Shown here: piece after piece, positions 41,346 through 52,649 of the stretch
How positions within the stretch are numbered: position 1 is the stretch's first letter
How the letters are laid out: each line of letters starts with the position of its first letter
NCBI GenBank assembly: GCA_029974275.1
Contig: JARKSN010000151.1
Span: 1-63,417 of the forward strand
Direction of reading: 5' to 3'
From: Candidatus Hydrogenedentota bacterium
GTDB taxonomy: Bacteria > Hydrogenedentota > Hydrogenedentia > Hydrogenedentales > SLHB01
DNA: 63,417 nucleotides
Translations under genes and position numbers: made by a program
Notes under the pieces: model-generated
The model's input: only the letters and a program-made list of their open reading frames with translations
Told to the model about the DNA's origin: nothing
Databases searched by the model: none

Positions 41346-41789
41346 TTATCCCATCTTTGCAATGCGACGTTTGTGGCGCTCGCCTTCGCTAAAGGGCGTG
41401 GCAAGCCAAATGTCGATGAGGCGGAAGCTTTCCTCCAGCGTGGAAATGCGGCGCCCCAGGCAAAGCACGTTGGCGTCGTTATGGCTTCGCGAAAGGCGCG
41501 CCCCTTCCTCCGTCGTGCAGGCGGCGGCGCGAATGTTGGGGTGACGGTTCGCGGCGATGCTGATGCCGATGCCCGTGCCGCACACCAGCACGCCTGCGTC
41601 GGCGGCGCCGGAGAGAATGGCGGAACAAACATTGTCCGCAATGTCGGGATAATCCACGGAGGCCGGACCATCGGCGCCGCAGTCGACGACTTCGTGCCCG
41701 AGGACCTTCACATGCTCGACGATGGCGGGCTTATAGTAGGGTTGCGGCTCCTCGAATCCCGCGTGGTCACTGCCTACCGCAATTCTCAT
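41346..41789 (-). CDS. rpiB: Ribose-5-phosphate isomerase B
   Basis: GSDHAG, VDYPD, CGTGIG.SIAAN, R.HNDANVL.LG, RH.RRI. Confidence 0.95.
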   Translation of the reverse strand: MRIAVGSDHAGFEEPQPYYKPAIVEHVKVLGHEVVDCGADGPASVDYPDIADNVCSAILSGAADAGVLVCGTGIGISIAANRHPNIRAAACTTEEGARLSRSHNDANVLCLGRRISTLEESFRLIDIWLATPFSEGERHKRRIAKMG

Positions 41790-41824
41790 GATGTTCTTGA
41801 ATCCCTTTGTTGATGGAGCGCCAA

Positions 41825-42427
41825 CTACGTTGCCAGCGCGCCCTCGATGGCCCGCGCCGATATGACCCCTTCGCGGAGCACGCGGCGCGCAGCCACATGG
41901 TACACGGTTGATGGAGCCGAGGGCGGCAACGCGCCCACATCGATCGCTGCGTCAACGCCGTCGAGCGCGAATCCTGCCAGCGTGGAGGCCGGCGCCTCGC
42001 CCGAACGGTTCGCGCTGGTCGAGGTGATCGGGCCGCCGACGGCCTCGCACAAGGCTCTGGCAATTTCCGATCCTGGACACCGCACGCAGATGGCGTCGCC
42101 GCCGCCCGTCAACGCTTCCGATATGCGAGCCGTTTTCGGCAACACCAAGCTTAACGGCCCCGGCCAGAACGCCTGCACAAGTTGCAGGGCATCCTCCGGC
42201 CATTCCGCCACTGCCTCGCGCAGTTGTTCCCGATTGGCCGCGATGAGCAATACGGCGTTATGCGCACTACGCCCCTTGATGGCGAACAGCTTTTCAATCG
42301 CGCGCGGCGAGAACGGGTCCGCCCCCAAGCCGTATACCGTTTCCGTGGGATAGACCACGACGCCCCCCCCGCGAAGAATCCGCGCGGCCTCGTCGAGGCC
42401 GCGTCCGTCTGCACCGAGCCGAATCAC
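41825..42427 (-). CDS. tsaC: L-threonylcarbamoyladenylate synthase (TsaC/YrdC)
   Basis: YPTETVYGLGAD, KGR, FWPGPL, TSANRSG, PST, LREG. Confidence 0.94.
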   Translation of the reverse strand: MIRLGADGRGLDEAARILRGGGVVVYPTETVYGLGADPFSPRAIEKLFAIKGRSAHNAVLLIAANREQLREAVAEWPEDALQLVQAFWPGPLSLVLPKTARISEALTGGGDAICVRCPGSEIARALCEAVGGPITSTSANRSGEAPASTLAGFALDGVDAAIDVGALPPSAPSTVYHVAARRVLREGVISARAIEGALAT

Positions 42428-43012
42428 CGCAAGGTTTCCAAGAACGCGCGCAGTTGCCGGAACGCGCGGCCTCGGTGACTGATCGCGTGCTTGGCATCGC
42501 CATTCAATTCGCCGAAGGTCAACGCCATTTCCTCGGGGATGAAGAGCGGATCATAACCAAAGCCATTTGTCCCGCGCGGCGACAACGCGATGCGTCCCTC
42601 CACCTTGCCAAAAACGCTGTGCGTTGTCCCATCCGGACTCACAAATGCAGCGCAGCACACAAAGCGCGCCGTCCGCTTTTCCTCGGGAACGTCCTTTAGC
42701 GCGGCCAGCAATTTCGCGTTGTTGTCCGCGTATGCGCCATTCGGTCCCGCATACCGCGCGGAGTAGACGCCCGGCGCGCCGCCAAGCGCATCGACCTGCA
42801 GGCCGGAATCGTCGGCCACGCAGCAAACCTGAAACGCTTGGCTATAGTGCCGCGCCTTTTTCAGCGCGTTTTCCTCAAAGGTATCGCCGTCCTCCTCCGG
42901 TTCGTCGATCGCCGGAAAATCGTTCAGTCCTCTGACCGCCCACGGAAGCCCGACAAGAAGCTCGGCGAGTTCCGCCGCTTTATCGCGGTTGCCGGAACCA
43001 ATCAGCAACACC

Positions 43013-43020
<8 letters not shown>
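42424..43020 (-). CDS. rdgB: XTP/dITP pyrophosphatase (HAM1 family)
   Basis: [46 protein letters not shown]. Confidence 0.95.
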
Positions 43021-43723
<703 letters not shown>

Positions 43724-43724
43724 G

Positions 43725-45173
43725 TTACGGGACGTCCTTATCCGGAGCCTCCGCGGGGGGCGTTCCGGGCGATGCCTCTCCATCGGACGACTCCGAGGCC
43801 GTCGCGGCCACCTGAGTCAACGAGGTGTCCTTATGATGCCGCTGGATGAGATTCTGAAAGACGGTGTCTTCCCGCAATATTTCGACGGCTTTTTGCAGTT
43901 GTACGTCTTCCACCCCATCCGGTCCAATCGCATTGCCGGTCACCGTTCCATGGTTTTGCAGATCGCGGTTGTTCGGGTCGGCCGTCAGCGATGCGCGCAT
44001 TTGCTTGAGCAGCTTTTGCTGATCATCCCGACTCATGGGCGCTTCGACGTCGGGCTTGATGCCTTCCTTGTTGATAGTCACTTGCGCAGGGGTATAATAC
44101 AGCGCGGTCGTCAAGCGCAGGGCCGCGCCGTCCGGCTTGTGCAGGGGTATGATGGTCTGGACGCTGCCCTTGCCGAAGGTTTTGACGCCAACGACGATGG
44201 CGCGTTGCCAATATTGCAGCGCGCCCGTGACGATCTCGGCGCTGCTGGCCGTGTCCTGACTGACAAGCAGCACGATGGGAAACGTCGCCGGAAGATCGGG
44301 GTTCCGGTCGGTGGTCAGGCGCAAGCTCTCGGAAATCGTGGAACCGTTCTCCCGCCCCTTCGTGTAGGTGACCAACGTCCCCTTGGGCAGGAACAGCGAA
44401 CAGACTTCCTTGGAAGCGGTGAGCAATCCGCCGGGATTGTAGCGAAGGTCGAGCACGAGAGACTTCATGCCTTTGGCAGAAAGTTCCTTGAGCTTTTCAC
44501 TGATTTCCTTGGCGGTTGTCGCCTTGAAGTCGCTGACGCGAATGTAGCCGATGCCGCCGTCGAGCACGCGGGACTCCATGATGCTGACCAAGGGCACCTT
44601 GCCGCGCTTGATGTCCAGCTCGAGAATTTCCGGCTCTTTTTGCGGGTCCTCAAAATGCCGGATGATCGTCAAATGCACCATGGTGCCGCCAGGGCCCTTG
44701 ATGCGCTGGGCCGCTTCGGCGACGCCGATCCCTTTCGTCGAGACGCCGTCGATTTTGTAGATGATGTCGCCCGATCGAATGCCCGCCTCCGCCGCCGGCG
44801 ATCCCAAAATCGGCTGCAGCACCTCGAGGTTCTTGGCATCGTCCAAATGAATGGAAACGCCGATGCCCTCGAATTCGCCCTCGGTGTCTTCCCTCATCTG
44901 CTTGAGCATGTCCGCGGAAATATACGAACTGTGATCGTCGAGCGAATTCAGCATGCCGATAAGCGCCCCTTCGACGACCTTCTGGGTGTCCGGCTCTTTG
45001 ACGTAATTCCGCAAAATCTCGTCGAGCACCACGCCAATGGGCTCAATCTGCTTCCACACGTCGGTCTTGGAGCCCTGCGCCGCGATGCGGTTCGTGAATC
45101 CGTTGGCGACCACAAGCGACAAGGCCAGCAGAAACGTGAAAAGGGCCGTAAACTCGAAACGACTTTTTCGCAT
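43725..45173 (-). CDS. S41-family C-terminal processing peptidase (PDZ + catalytic domain)
   Basis: [51 protein letters not shown]. Confidence 0.95.
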   Translation of the reverse strand: MRKSRFEFTALFTFLLALSLVVANGFTNRIAAQGSKTDVWKQIEPIGVVLDEILRNYVKEPDTQKVVEGALIGMLNSLDDHSSYISADMLKQMREDTEGEFEGIGVSIHLDDAKNLEVLQPILGSPAAEAGIRSGDIIYKIDGVSTKGIGVAEAAQRIKGPGGTMVHLTIIRHFEDPQKEPEILELDIKRGKVPLVSIMESRVLDGGIGYIRVSDFKATTAKEISEKLKELSAKGMKSLVLDLRYNPGGLLTASKEVCSLFLPKGTLVTYTKGRENGSTISESLRLTTDRNPDLPATFPIVLLVSQDTASSAEIVTGALQYWQRAIVVGVKTFGKGSVQTIIPLHKPDGAALRLTTALYYTPAQVTINKEGIKPDVEAPMSRDDQQKLLKQMRASLTADPNNRDLQNHGTVTGNAIGPDGVEDVQLQKAVEILREDTVFQNLIQRHHKDTSLTQVAATASESSDGEASPGTPPAEAPDKDVP

Positions 45174-45372
45174 CCAAACCTCCGGATGGCTTTGCGCCTG
45201 CGAAGAAAAAAACAGCGCCGCGCACCGCGACAACGGCGCCCGGCACGGAATACGGAATAATGATAGCAAAAGCCGCACGGCAAAGCGAATAGGCCCTAGG
45301 TCAAGGTTCGCATTGATATCCGAGTCGCTGCGCGGGCTTTTTTTGTCGGGGCGGCTTTTTTCTGCAGGAGGA

Positions 45373-45407
45373 TTGACAAAACGGCAACCAATTGGCTATA
45401 TTGCCAA
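45373..45407 (+). promoter_or_regulatory. Promoter with overlapping palindromic operator (probable ArsR site)
   Basis: TTGACA (45373-45378), 18 bp, TATATT (45397-45402); TTGGC-N6-GCCAA (45392-45407) brackets the -10. Confidence 0.65.
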
Positions 45408-45428
45408 ATACAAACAAAAGGAGGCGGC

Positions 45429-45752
45429 ATGAACGCAAAAACGCAAGCCTTGCTTGAGGCGCGGGCGGAGATCATCAAGGCCCTGGCGCATCCCACCCGG
45501 CTGTACATTGTCGGCGAGCTATCCCAGGGCGAACGCTGCGTATGCGAACTGCGCGAAGGAGTCGGCGCGGACCTTTCGACTGTTTCCAAACATCTTTCGG
45601 TGCTTAAAAACGCAGGCATTGTCGAGGATGACAAACGGGGGCTTCAGGTTTTCTACCGCTTGCGCGTTCCCTGCATTCTGAATTTTTTCGGGTGCATCGA
45701 GAGTGTGCTCCGGGAGAACGCCCGGCGCCAACAGGCTCTCGTCAACGAATAA
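45429..45752 (+). CDS. ArsR/SmtB-family repressor
   Basis: KALAHPTRL.I, ERCVCEL, STVSKHL..LK.AG.V...K.G..V.Y. Confidence 0.94.
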   Translation: MNAKTQALLEARAEIIKALAHPTRLYIVGELSQGERCVCELREGVGADLSTVSKHLSVLKNAGIVEDDKRGLQVFYRLRVPCILNFFGCIESVLRENARRQQALVNE

Positions 45753-45842
45753 TAGCTTCCCAAGAAACGACGGAAGTCTGTTGCGTGTCACATGCTGGCA
45801 ATTTAGGAAAATAAGCATGAATACAAGCGAAACGGGAGCGAG

Positions 45843-47141
45843 ATGAACTGGAAGCGCGAGTGGAAACCGTTGGCCGCAATCGGGGCGGCGTTCTTGTCGT
45901 GCTTCTACCTGCCCGTGGGCGTTCCCCGCTTCGACCATGCGGTCATGGAGTCGCTCCATCTGGTCAAGTGGTACGCGCAAGAGCATGTCATTTTGTGTCT
46001 GCTTCCCGCGTTCTTCATCGCCGGAGCGATCTCGACATTCATCCGCCAAGCATCCGTAATGCGGTATCTCGGAGCGGCGGCGCCCAAGACGATCGCGTAT
46101 GGAACGGCCTCTGTTTCCGGCTCGATCCTGGCGGTTTGTTCGTGCACGGTGTTGCCGCTTTTTGGTGGCATTTGGCGCATGGGCGCGGGACTTGGACCGG
46201 CCACGGCCTTTCTATACTCGGGACCGGCGATCAACGTTCTCGCGATCGTCCTCACCGCGCGCGTTCTGGGCGTGGAATTGGGGATTGCGCGCGCCATGGG
46301 AGCCGTGACGTTCAGCATCGTTATCGGGTTGAGCATGCACTTTTTGTTCCGCAAGGAAGAGAGGGAGAAGGCCGTCGCGCAGGCGGCGTTGCCTGTGCCC
46401 GAGGCCGTCCGTCCTTTATGGCAGACGGCGGCATGTCTGGCCTTGATGGCGGCTATTCTCGTGTTCGCCAATTGGGGAAAGCCGGCGTCCGAAGTTGGAA
46501 TCTGGCATGCCTTGTACGCCGCTAAATGGGCGATCACCTCTGTTTGCGCCGTTGCTCTCGGCGTGATTTTGGCGGCGTGCTTCGGTCTTGCCTGGTGGAA
46601 AATCGCGCTGGCCGGAACGCCGGCGGCGGCGTTGGCCGCGCTGCATCCGCACGAGCCCGTCTGGGCCTTTGCCGCAGGGTTCATGGGCCTGTCCGCCGCA
46701 ATCGGCTCCGGCAATGGCGAAATGAAGGAATGGTTCGACGTGAGTTGGGAATTCGCCAAGCAAATCCTGCCGCTTCTCTTGGGCGGCGTGTTGATGGCAG
46801 GGTTTCTTCTTGGCCGCCCTGATCACGAAGGGCTGATTCCAAGCGGGTGGGTGACCTGGGCCGTGGGCGGCAATTCGGTAACGTCCAATTTTTTGGCGGC
46901 CCTCATCGGAGCGTTGATGTATTTTGCCACACTCACGGAGGTGCCGCTGTTGCAGGGATTGATCGGGTCGGGGATGGGCAAGGGTCCGGCGCTGGCCCTG
47001 CTTCTTGCCGGTCCGGCGCTGTCCTTGCCGAGCATGCTGGTCATTTACAGCGTCATGGGGTTCAAGAAAACGTTTGCATACTGTTCCCTGGTGACGATCT
47101 TGTCCGCCATCGCCGGAATCATGTATGGGGCTTTGATGTGA
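45843..47141 (+). CDS. DUF318/ArsP-type permease
   Basis: LAVCSCTVLPLF, GPA.AFLYSGPAIN, MYFATLTEVP, GPALALLLAGPALSLP. Confidence 0.9.
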   Translation: MNWKREWKPLAAIGAAFLSCFYLPVGVPRFDHAVMESLHLVKWYAQEHVILCLLPAFFIAGAISTFIRQASVMRYLGAAAPKTIAYGTASVSGSILAVCSCTVLPLFGGIWRMGAGLGPATAFLYSGPAINVLAIVLTARVLGVELGIARAMGAVTFSIVIGLSMHFLFRKEEREKAVAQAALPVPEAVRPLWQTAACLALMAAILVFANWGKPASEVGIWHALYAAKWAITSVCAVALGVILAACFGLAWWKIALAGTPAAALAALHPHEPVWAFAAGFMGLSAAIGSGNGEMKEWFDVSWEFAKQILPLLLGGVLMAGFLLGRPDHEGLIPSGWVTWAVGGNSVTSNFLAALIGALMYFATLTEVPLLQGLIGSGMGKGPALALLLAGPALSLPSMLVIYSVMGFKKTFAYCSLVTILSAIAGIMYGALM

Positions 47142-47214
47142 AATGCACGAGACCAACACGCGGGTAGGCGCGCAAACCTCGCTATCCGCCAACCATCCAT
47201 CGAGGAGCATGGAA

Positions 47215-47445
47215 ATGAAAATCCAGATTCTGGGCACGGGATGCCCGAAATGCAAAAAACTTGCGGAAAACGCAGAAGCCGCCGCCAAAGAACTGGGCAT
47301 CGATCATGATCTGGAAAAAGTCACCAATATCAATGAAATCATGCAGTTTGGCGTGATGATGACCCCGGCCCTCGTGATCGATGGACAGGTGAAACTCGTA
47401 GGCAAGGCGCCCGATGTCGAGGAACTGAAAAAATTGTTGTCGTGA
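47215..47445 (+). CDS. Small redox-active disulfide protein (MTH895-type thioredoxin)
   Basis: MKIQILGTGCPKC, GVM.TPALVIDG; GAGGAG RBS. Confidence 0.92.
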   Translation: MKIQILGTGCPKCKKLAENAEAAAKELGIDHDLEKVTNINEIMQFGVMMTPALVIDGQVKLVGKAPDVEELKKLLS

Positions 47446-47584
47446 GCGCCATTCTCGAACGGAGAGGACGATCCTGTTTCTCCAGAACGGTTTCTTGAAA
47501 TATGGAACGCGGCCAACGCTTCCGCTGTTGCGGCGATAGGTCGTTGCGCGAATGGCCGACATGAAGGAACGACAAGGAGGAGAC

Positions 47585-48079
47585 ATGGAAAACGAAACGC
47601 CGAAACTCGAAGAGCCTCGCATTCGGAGCCGTTCGGGAAAGAAGGCGGCGATCATCATATGCTTGGCGCTGGCCGTGGGTGCGACCGCCTATATGAAAAA
47701 CCAGCATTCCCCTGCTGTGACGCCGGGAGATGGATCGGGCGGCGGCGTAACCGTCGCGGCGCAGCCCGGCTCCACAAATACGGAGCCCGAGAGCACGGAA
47801 CGCCTTCCCCGGCTGGTGGACCTTGGCGCAAGCAAGTGCATCCCCTGCAAGATGATGGCGCCCATTCTCGAAGAACTGAAACAGAGCCATGGGAAAAAAT
47901 TCGAGGTGGTGTTCCTAGACGTGTGGGAAAATCCCGATGCGGCGAGCGAGTACAACGTGAATCTAATTCCCACCCAGATATTCTTCGACGCATCCGGCGC
48001 GGAACGTTTCCGGCATGAAGGGTTCCTTTCCAAAGAAGATATTCTGGCCAAATGGAGGGAATTAGGCGTGGAACCTTGA
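47585..48079 (+). CDS. Membrane-anchored periplasmic thioredoxin
   Basis: TM helix, LVDLGA..CIPCKMM.P, IPTQIFFD..G.E..RH.G. Confidence 0.9.
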   Translation: MENETPKLEEPRIRSRSGKKAAIIICLALAVGATAYMKNQHSPAVTPGDGSGGGVTVAAQPGSTNTEPESTERLPRLVDLGASKCIPCKMMAPILEELKQSHGKKFEVVFLDVWENPDAASEYNVNLIPTQIFFDASGAERFRHEGFLSKEDILAKWRELGVEP

Positions 48080-48104
48080 GAGCGATAGCAGGAGAGGAGC
48101 AGCC

Positions 48105-48803
48105 ATGCAGGAAATTTTCACGACGCTGACGCATGCCGTCAAGGGAGCGCCCGCCATGGCAATGGCCGCAGCCGTTGCATGGGGCGTCCTAAGCATAGTG
48201 CTGAGTCCTTGTCATCTGGCCAGCATTCCCTTGATCGTCGGGTTTATCGATGAGCAGGGGCGCATTTCCGCCAAACGCGCCTTTGCGATTTCGTCGCTGT
48301 TTGCGTTGGGCATTCTCATAACCATCGGCATGATCGGCGTGATAACGGCAGCGGCGGGCCGCATGCTGGGCGACGTGGGACGCTATGGCAACTACTTCGT
48401 GGCGCTGGTGTTTTTTGGGGTAGGGCTGCATTTGTTGGACGTGCTTCCCATGTCGTGGTCGGGGCCAGGACAAGTGGGGATGAAACGCAAGGGACTGTTG
48501 GCCGCGCTGACGTTGGGGCTTGTTTTCGGCATTGCGCTGGGTCCGTGCACCTTCGCCTACATGGCTCCCATGTTGGGCGTGGCGTTTCAATTGGCCGCGA
48601 CAAATCCGTTTTATGGAGCCCTATTGCTTCTCGCCTACGGCGTGGGACATTGTTCCGTCATCGTTGTTGCAGGAACATCAACAGAACTCGTGCAACGGTT
48701 CCTGAATTGGAATGAAAACTCGCGCGGCACGCTCGTGGTGAAAAAAGTCTGCGGCGCGTTGGTGTTGGCAGGAGGCCTTTGGATGATCTACTCGGCTCCC
48801 TGA
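48105..48803 (+). CDS. ccdA: CcdA/DsbD-type transmembrane disulfide reductase
   Basis: LSPC.L..IP and GPC motifs, six TM helices, YGVGH. Confidence 0.88.
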   Translation: MQEIFTTLTHAVKGAPAMAMAAAVAWGVLSIVLSPCHLASIPLIVGFIDEQGRISAKRAFAISSLFALGILITIGMIGVITAAAGRMLGDVGRYGNYFVALVFFGVGLHLLDVLPMSWSGPGQVGMKRKGLLAALTLGLVFGIALGPCTFAYMAPMLGVAFQLAATNPFYGALLLLAYGVGHCSVIVVAGTSTELVQRFLNWNENSRGTLVVKKVCGALVLAGGLWMIYSAP

Positions 48804-48825
48804 CGCCGGCGGCGCGATCGCGCGT

Positions 48826-50835
48826 TCATTCCGGAAACAAGGCGCTGATCGTCAGAAGCAGTTTCGCCGCAGCGGAAGTGTCGACCACGATCGGAACAGG
48901 GTTCGGGGCGTAGGGAAGGCCGGGAGAAAGCTTGAGCGCCCGTTTCATGGCGGACGGCAGCATGCGGCAAAGCTGTGCGTGGACGTTGGGGCGGGGCGGA
49001 GAAAGCATGGCCAGCGCCAGGAGCGTATCCGGCAGGACATCCGGAGCGGCGGCGTCCAATCCCGCCAGGGCGGCTTCGATGGAGACGTCCCACGCGTTCG
49101 AAGCCGCCGGCACAAGACCGGTGAACCAGAAACGAAGCGGAGTCGGGTCTTTCCATCCGTTTTGATCGTTCAACAGACGGAAACGGACAAGGCTTTCCAC
49201 ATCCGTCAGACGTTCGCGCCATGCCGGCTTGTCCGCTCCGGCCCACGTCGCCAAACACAACGCGTTTTGCATGCCCACGAAGACAGAGACCAGCAACTCG
49301 TCGTCGCAGACGTCCCTTAGCCGATCGGGGCTGAACCCTGGCCGCGGCAGCCGCGTCGCCGGATCGAGCCAGGCCGTCAAAAAATCGCTGGCCGCTTCAA
49401 TAGCATTCCAGTGTTCGCCGAGAAACGCGGCGCGCTCGTTCTCGGAAAGAAACTCCACGTGCTTGGACAACGTCCACAGAAACGCGCCCGCCGCCTGCAC
49501 ATCGACCCAAAAAGACGGAGAGGCCTCAACCCCATTGGCATATGCGGCAAAAGGCAAGGAACCTCGCGGCGCGGCGCGGCGTCCTTCCAACCGGACAAGG
49601 CCGGCAAGAAAAGCCGCATGGCGCGCAGCCTGCTCCCTCCCGCGTATCGCGTCAAAGGCCCATGTGCTCCACAGGGCATGGCGAGGCAATTCCACGGCCA
49701 GCGGCGGCTGGGTGATCGGCGCGTGAACGATTGCGCCGGAGGAAGCGTCCATGGCGGTCAACAAGGCAACCGCACATCGGTTGGCCAGCGCGTCCAATTC
49801 CGGGTCTTTTGTGACGGGAAAACGCAACGGAGCCAGCGTATCCCGCCACGCCTGCTCCGTCTCGGCGGCAAGCGCGCCGGGAGAAGCGCCGAGCGCGCCC
49901 TGCAGGAGTTCATCGACCTTGGCCATCGATGCGCCAAACGCGACGTAGACGGTGGCGGCATAGACCGAGTCCCTGCTCTCGGGTTGGAGCAACACGGCCG
50001 ACTCGCATCGGCCCGCGGCGCTGGAGGCTCCGGAAAGCGCGCCCGCCTCTGCCTGTTCGAAGGGACCGCCCCTTTGATTGACAAGGCCGCACTGAAATGC
50101 GCGGACCGGATTGGGCGAGGCATATCCCATCCAGGCGCCGTCGCCCAAGGCGCTCCATCGTTGCGCCAAAGCGCGGCTCTCGACGCATTCCCGCGCCAGA
50201 TTCCAGATTTTCGCGCGCACTTCGTTCGGGCGAAAATGGTAGGTGGTTTGCGAAGTGACATCGCGAAAAGCCGCGAAATCGTTAGCGTCGTCCAGACGCC
50301 AATCGGCAAGAGGAAGTTGCGGCAACAGTCGCGTGCAGGGCGCAAACCCGGCAAACCAATACAAGTCCGGGGGCGCGGATAGGCCCGATACCTCGATGTG
50401 ACACACGAACGCATCTCGCTGCGCGATCGTAAAAACGGTTTGCGTCGCGGAAACGCCGTTGCTCAGCGCGCTCACGGTTTCGACCATTTGCGCGCCCGCA
50501 TAGCGCTGGCGAGACGTCCACGGCGGACCGGTCAGCCAGTGCATCGCACCCGCCGTCCGAAGGCCCCACATCAACCCATGGCGCGGGCTGACGCCTTGCA
50601 GCGGCGATTCCGCGGAAATGGTCCGATACCGCAGTTGATCATGGAATCCTGGGCTGGGCCAGCGGCAGACGCTGATGCGTCCGGACGGATTGACGCCCAC
50701 CGTCAATGCGCCCTGACCTATCACGGCGCTGACATCGGCCGGCCCCAACAGCGACTCGCCCGGCCATGCGGCTGCGCAGGCGCCCCACAGCATCAGCAAG
50801 ATGCCCCATAGCGATCGTATCGCGATCCGGATCAC
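48826..50835 (-). CDS. Secreted GH15-like (six-hairpin) protein, apparently degenerate
   Basis: Signal peptide; IG.G.LTVG....G.I....WP N-domain; D..SGAIV......PP...LPR resembles GH15 GAIVA...Y...W.RD. Confidence 0.55.
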   Translation of the reverse strand: MIRIAIRSLWGILLMLWGACAAAWPGESLLGPADVSAVIGQGALTVGVNPSGRISVCRWPSPGFHDQLRYRTISAESPLQGVSPRHGLMWGLRTAGAMHWLTGPPWTSRQRYAGAQMVETVSALSNGVSATQTVFTIAQRDAFVCHIEVSGLSAPPDLYWFAGFAPCTRLLPQLPLADWRLDDANDFAAFRDVTSQTTYHFRPNEVRAKIWNLARECVESRALAQRWSALGDGAWMGYASPNPVRAFQCGLVNQRGGPFEQAEAGALSGASSAAGRCESAVLLQPESRDSVYAATVYVAFGASMAKVDELLQGALGASPGALAAETEQAWRDTLAPLRFPVTKDPELDALANRCAVALLTAMDASSGAIVHAPITQPPLAVELPRHALWSTWAFDAIRGREQAARHAAFLAGLVRLEGRRAAPRGSLPFAAYANGVEASPSFWVDVQAAGAFLWTLSKHVEFLSENERAAFLGEHWNAIEAASDFLTAWLDPATRLPRPGFSPDRLRDVCDDELLVSVFVGMQNALCLATWAGADKPAWRERLTDVESLVRFRLLNDQNGWKDPTPLRFWFTGLVPAASNAWDVSIEAALAGLDAAAPDVLPDTLLALAMLSPPRPNVHAQLCRMLPSAMKRALKLSPGLPYAPNPVPIVVDTSAAAKLLLTISALFPE

Positions 50836-52265
50836 GGAAGCGGCTCCTTTGCTGCCTGCTTTGCGAGAAATCCGTGAAATTCGAGGCGATCATGGACGGC
50901 CACTCCTTCGAGGAAAAGCGCGCCCAGACTCTCGACGGCGTGGATGTTGTTCGCCCAGGCAGCGGCGGCTTCCCGGGCGTCCATTCCGGGAACAAGGCCC
51001 AGATCGCCCATTTTCGTGATGGCGCTTTGGGCAATGTTCGCCAGTTTCTCCCAATCAAGTCGGATGGCGATATCGGCATGGACGGGCGAACCGGGGCCGA
51101 ATTGCGCCGCCAATCGAGCCATATCGGGTTCTTGGGTCGTAACCAGCCAATCCATTGCCGTGCGCCCTAGGCAGAGCGATAGGTCCTGGCCCCACAGAGG
51201 AGCGACCACTCCCCCTTGCCCGGCCCACTCATGCCGCACGGAATGCAACGCCTCCGCCCACGAAACAAGTGGATGTTCGGTGCGCACAAAACCCCTTGGC
51301 CGCATCGCGAACGCCAGCCGCGGCATGGGAAGCGGGTCGCGAAAGTCCACATCCAGCAAGGCCATGCTGCAATGGTCGATCGCCGCGTGCCAATCCTCCG
51401 GCAAATCTGGCAAGGCCCATCGCTCGACAACGGCGGTGGCCAGCGCGCACGCCCCCCCCCAACGCTCATCCCCCGCCACAAAACGCCCGGCAAGCGATCC
51501 AAAACGGAGCAAGTCGGGCGCGCGGGCAGCGCTCACAACAAGGATTGGACGTTCCGGCCATGCGTTCGGCAGGGACATCGGCGTCGTACGGGCAGTCCAT
51601 GGAATCTCGATATGGCCGTGAACGGGAATATCGTTGGCCCCGCGAACAAGAATCGCGCCTTGTGGCGCTTGACGCCACTGAAATGCAATTTCGTCGCGCA
51701 GGCGAGGCGTCTCAAGCGCGGGTTCGGGCGCACGGAGGGAGGCAGTCACGTAGGCGTGCGACGTGGAGGCGATGAGAAAGCCGTCGCGCCAAGCGTAATA
51801 ATAGTCTCCGTATTGCGCGACGGCATCCTCGCTGGCGCGGCGGAAAAAAGAGCGGCAACGCGCCGCCGTTCGCAGCAAAATGCCCGGATGCGCACAAATC
51901 CCCGTGCCTTCGGGGGCCGAGGCCGCCAGCAACGCGTCGCCGAGCCATAATCGCCAACGGCTTGGCGTTGGCCGGATGCCGATCGCCAGCCGGATGTCCC
52001 GCTCCCATGACGCCATCGGAGATCCCGATGCGTGTTGAACGTTTTTCCATGTCTCGGACTGCAGCAGGCCGAACCAGGCGGAGGGAAAATTTCTCGAAAC
52101 GCATGTCCACGAAACATCCGGAGGGCAAAAACCGGGACGATCCGTACGCCGAACGCGGGCGTCCCATACGGCAAAGACGATGATGGCGGCGATCGCGATG
52201 CACAACGGCCACCATCCTCGCAGAGGACGCAGCGCCCATCGACGGCCTCGAAGGGTGGAAGTCAT
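50832..52265 (-). CDS. Hypothetical membrane-anchored protein
   Basis: N-terminal TM helix; GTGA overlap with downstream gene. Confidence 0.65.
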   Translation of the reverse strand: MTSTLRGRRWALRPLRGWWPLCIAIAAIIVFAVWDARVRRTDRPGFCPPDVSWTCVSRNFPSAWFGLLQSETWKNVQHASGSPMASWERDIRLAIGIRPTPSRWRLWLGDALLAASAPEGTGICAHPGILLRTAARCRSFFRRASEDAVAQYGDYYYAWRDGFLIASTSHAYVTASLRAPEPALETPRLRDEIAFQWRQAPQGAILVRGANDIPVHGHIEIPWTARTTPMSLPNAWPERPILVVSAARAPDLLRFGSLAGRFVAGDERWGGACALATAVVERWALPDLPEDWHAAIDHCSMALLDVDFRDPLPMPRLAFAMRPRGFVRTEHPLVSWAEALHSVRHEWAGQGGVVAPLWGQDLSLCLGRTAMDWLVTTQEPDMARLAAQFGPGSPVHADIAIRLDWEKLANIAQSAITKMGDLGLVPGMDAREAAAAWANNIHAVESLGALFLEGVAVHDRLEFHGFLAKQAAKEPLP

Positions 52266-52334
52266 GTTTGCGCGTTCAGTCCGCAAGGAGGAGACGCGGC
52301 GCGCATGAAAAAGCCGGGCAGATAGGGAACGGTT

Positions 52335-52607
52335 TCACTCGGCATTGCGGACGGATTCCTTCTCCTTTTCCCGCTGCTCTTCGACGCGACAAAGCTCGCC
52401 GGCCAATTCCGCGTTGATCTGTTCGTATTCGGCGGGCGTCGCGGCGGCGTTCATCCTATCCGCGAACGCCAGACGGAGTTCCGCCGCTTTCGCTTCGTAA
52501 CGTTTGTCGAGTTCGGCGATGCGCGTTTTTTGGGCTTCGGTGAGCACCTTTCCCGGCCCGTGCTCTCTTTCAAGCCGCTCCATGGCGATTTCGTATGCGC
52601 TTTTCAT
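52335..52607 (-). CDS. Small conserved helical hypothetical protein
   Basis: MKSAYEIAMERL...LT.AQK..IAE....Y.AK.AE coiled-coil pattern; GGAGG RBS. Confidence 0.75.
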   Translation of the reverse strand: MKSAYEIAMERLEREHGPGKVLTEAQKTRIAELDKRYEAKAAELRLAFADRMNAAATPAEYEQINAELAGELCRVEEQREKEKESVRNAE

Positions 52608-52649
52608 CGATGGCCTGCCTCCCGGAATGGCCGCCGAACCGGCGGCGCG

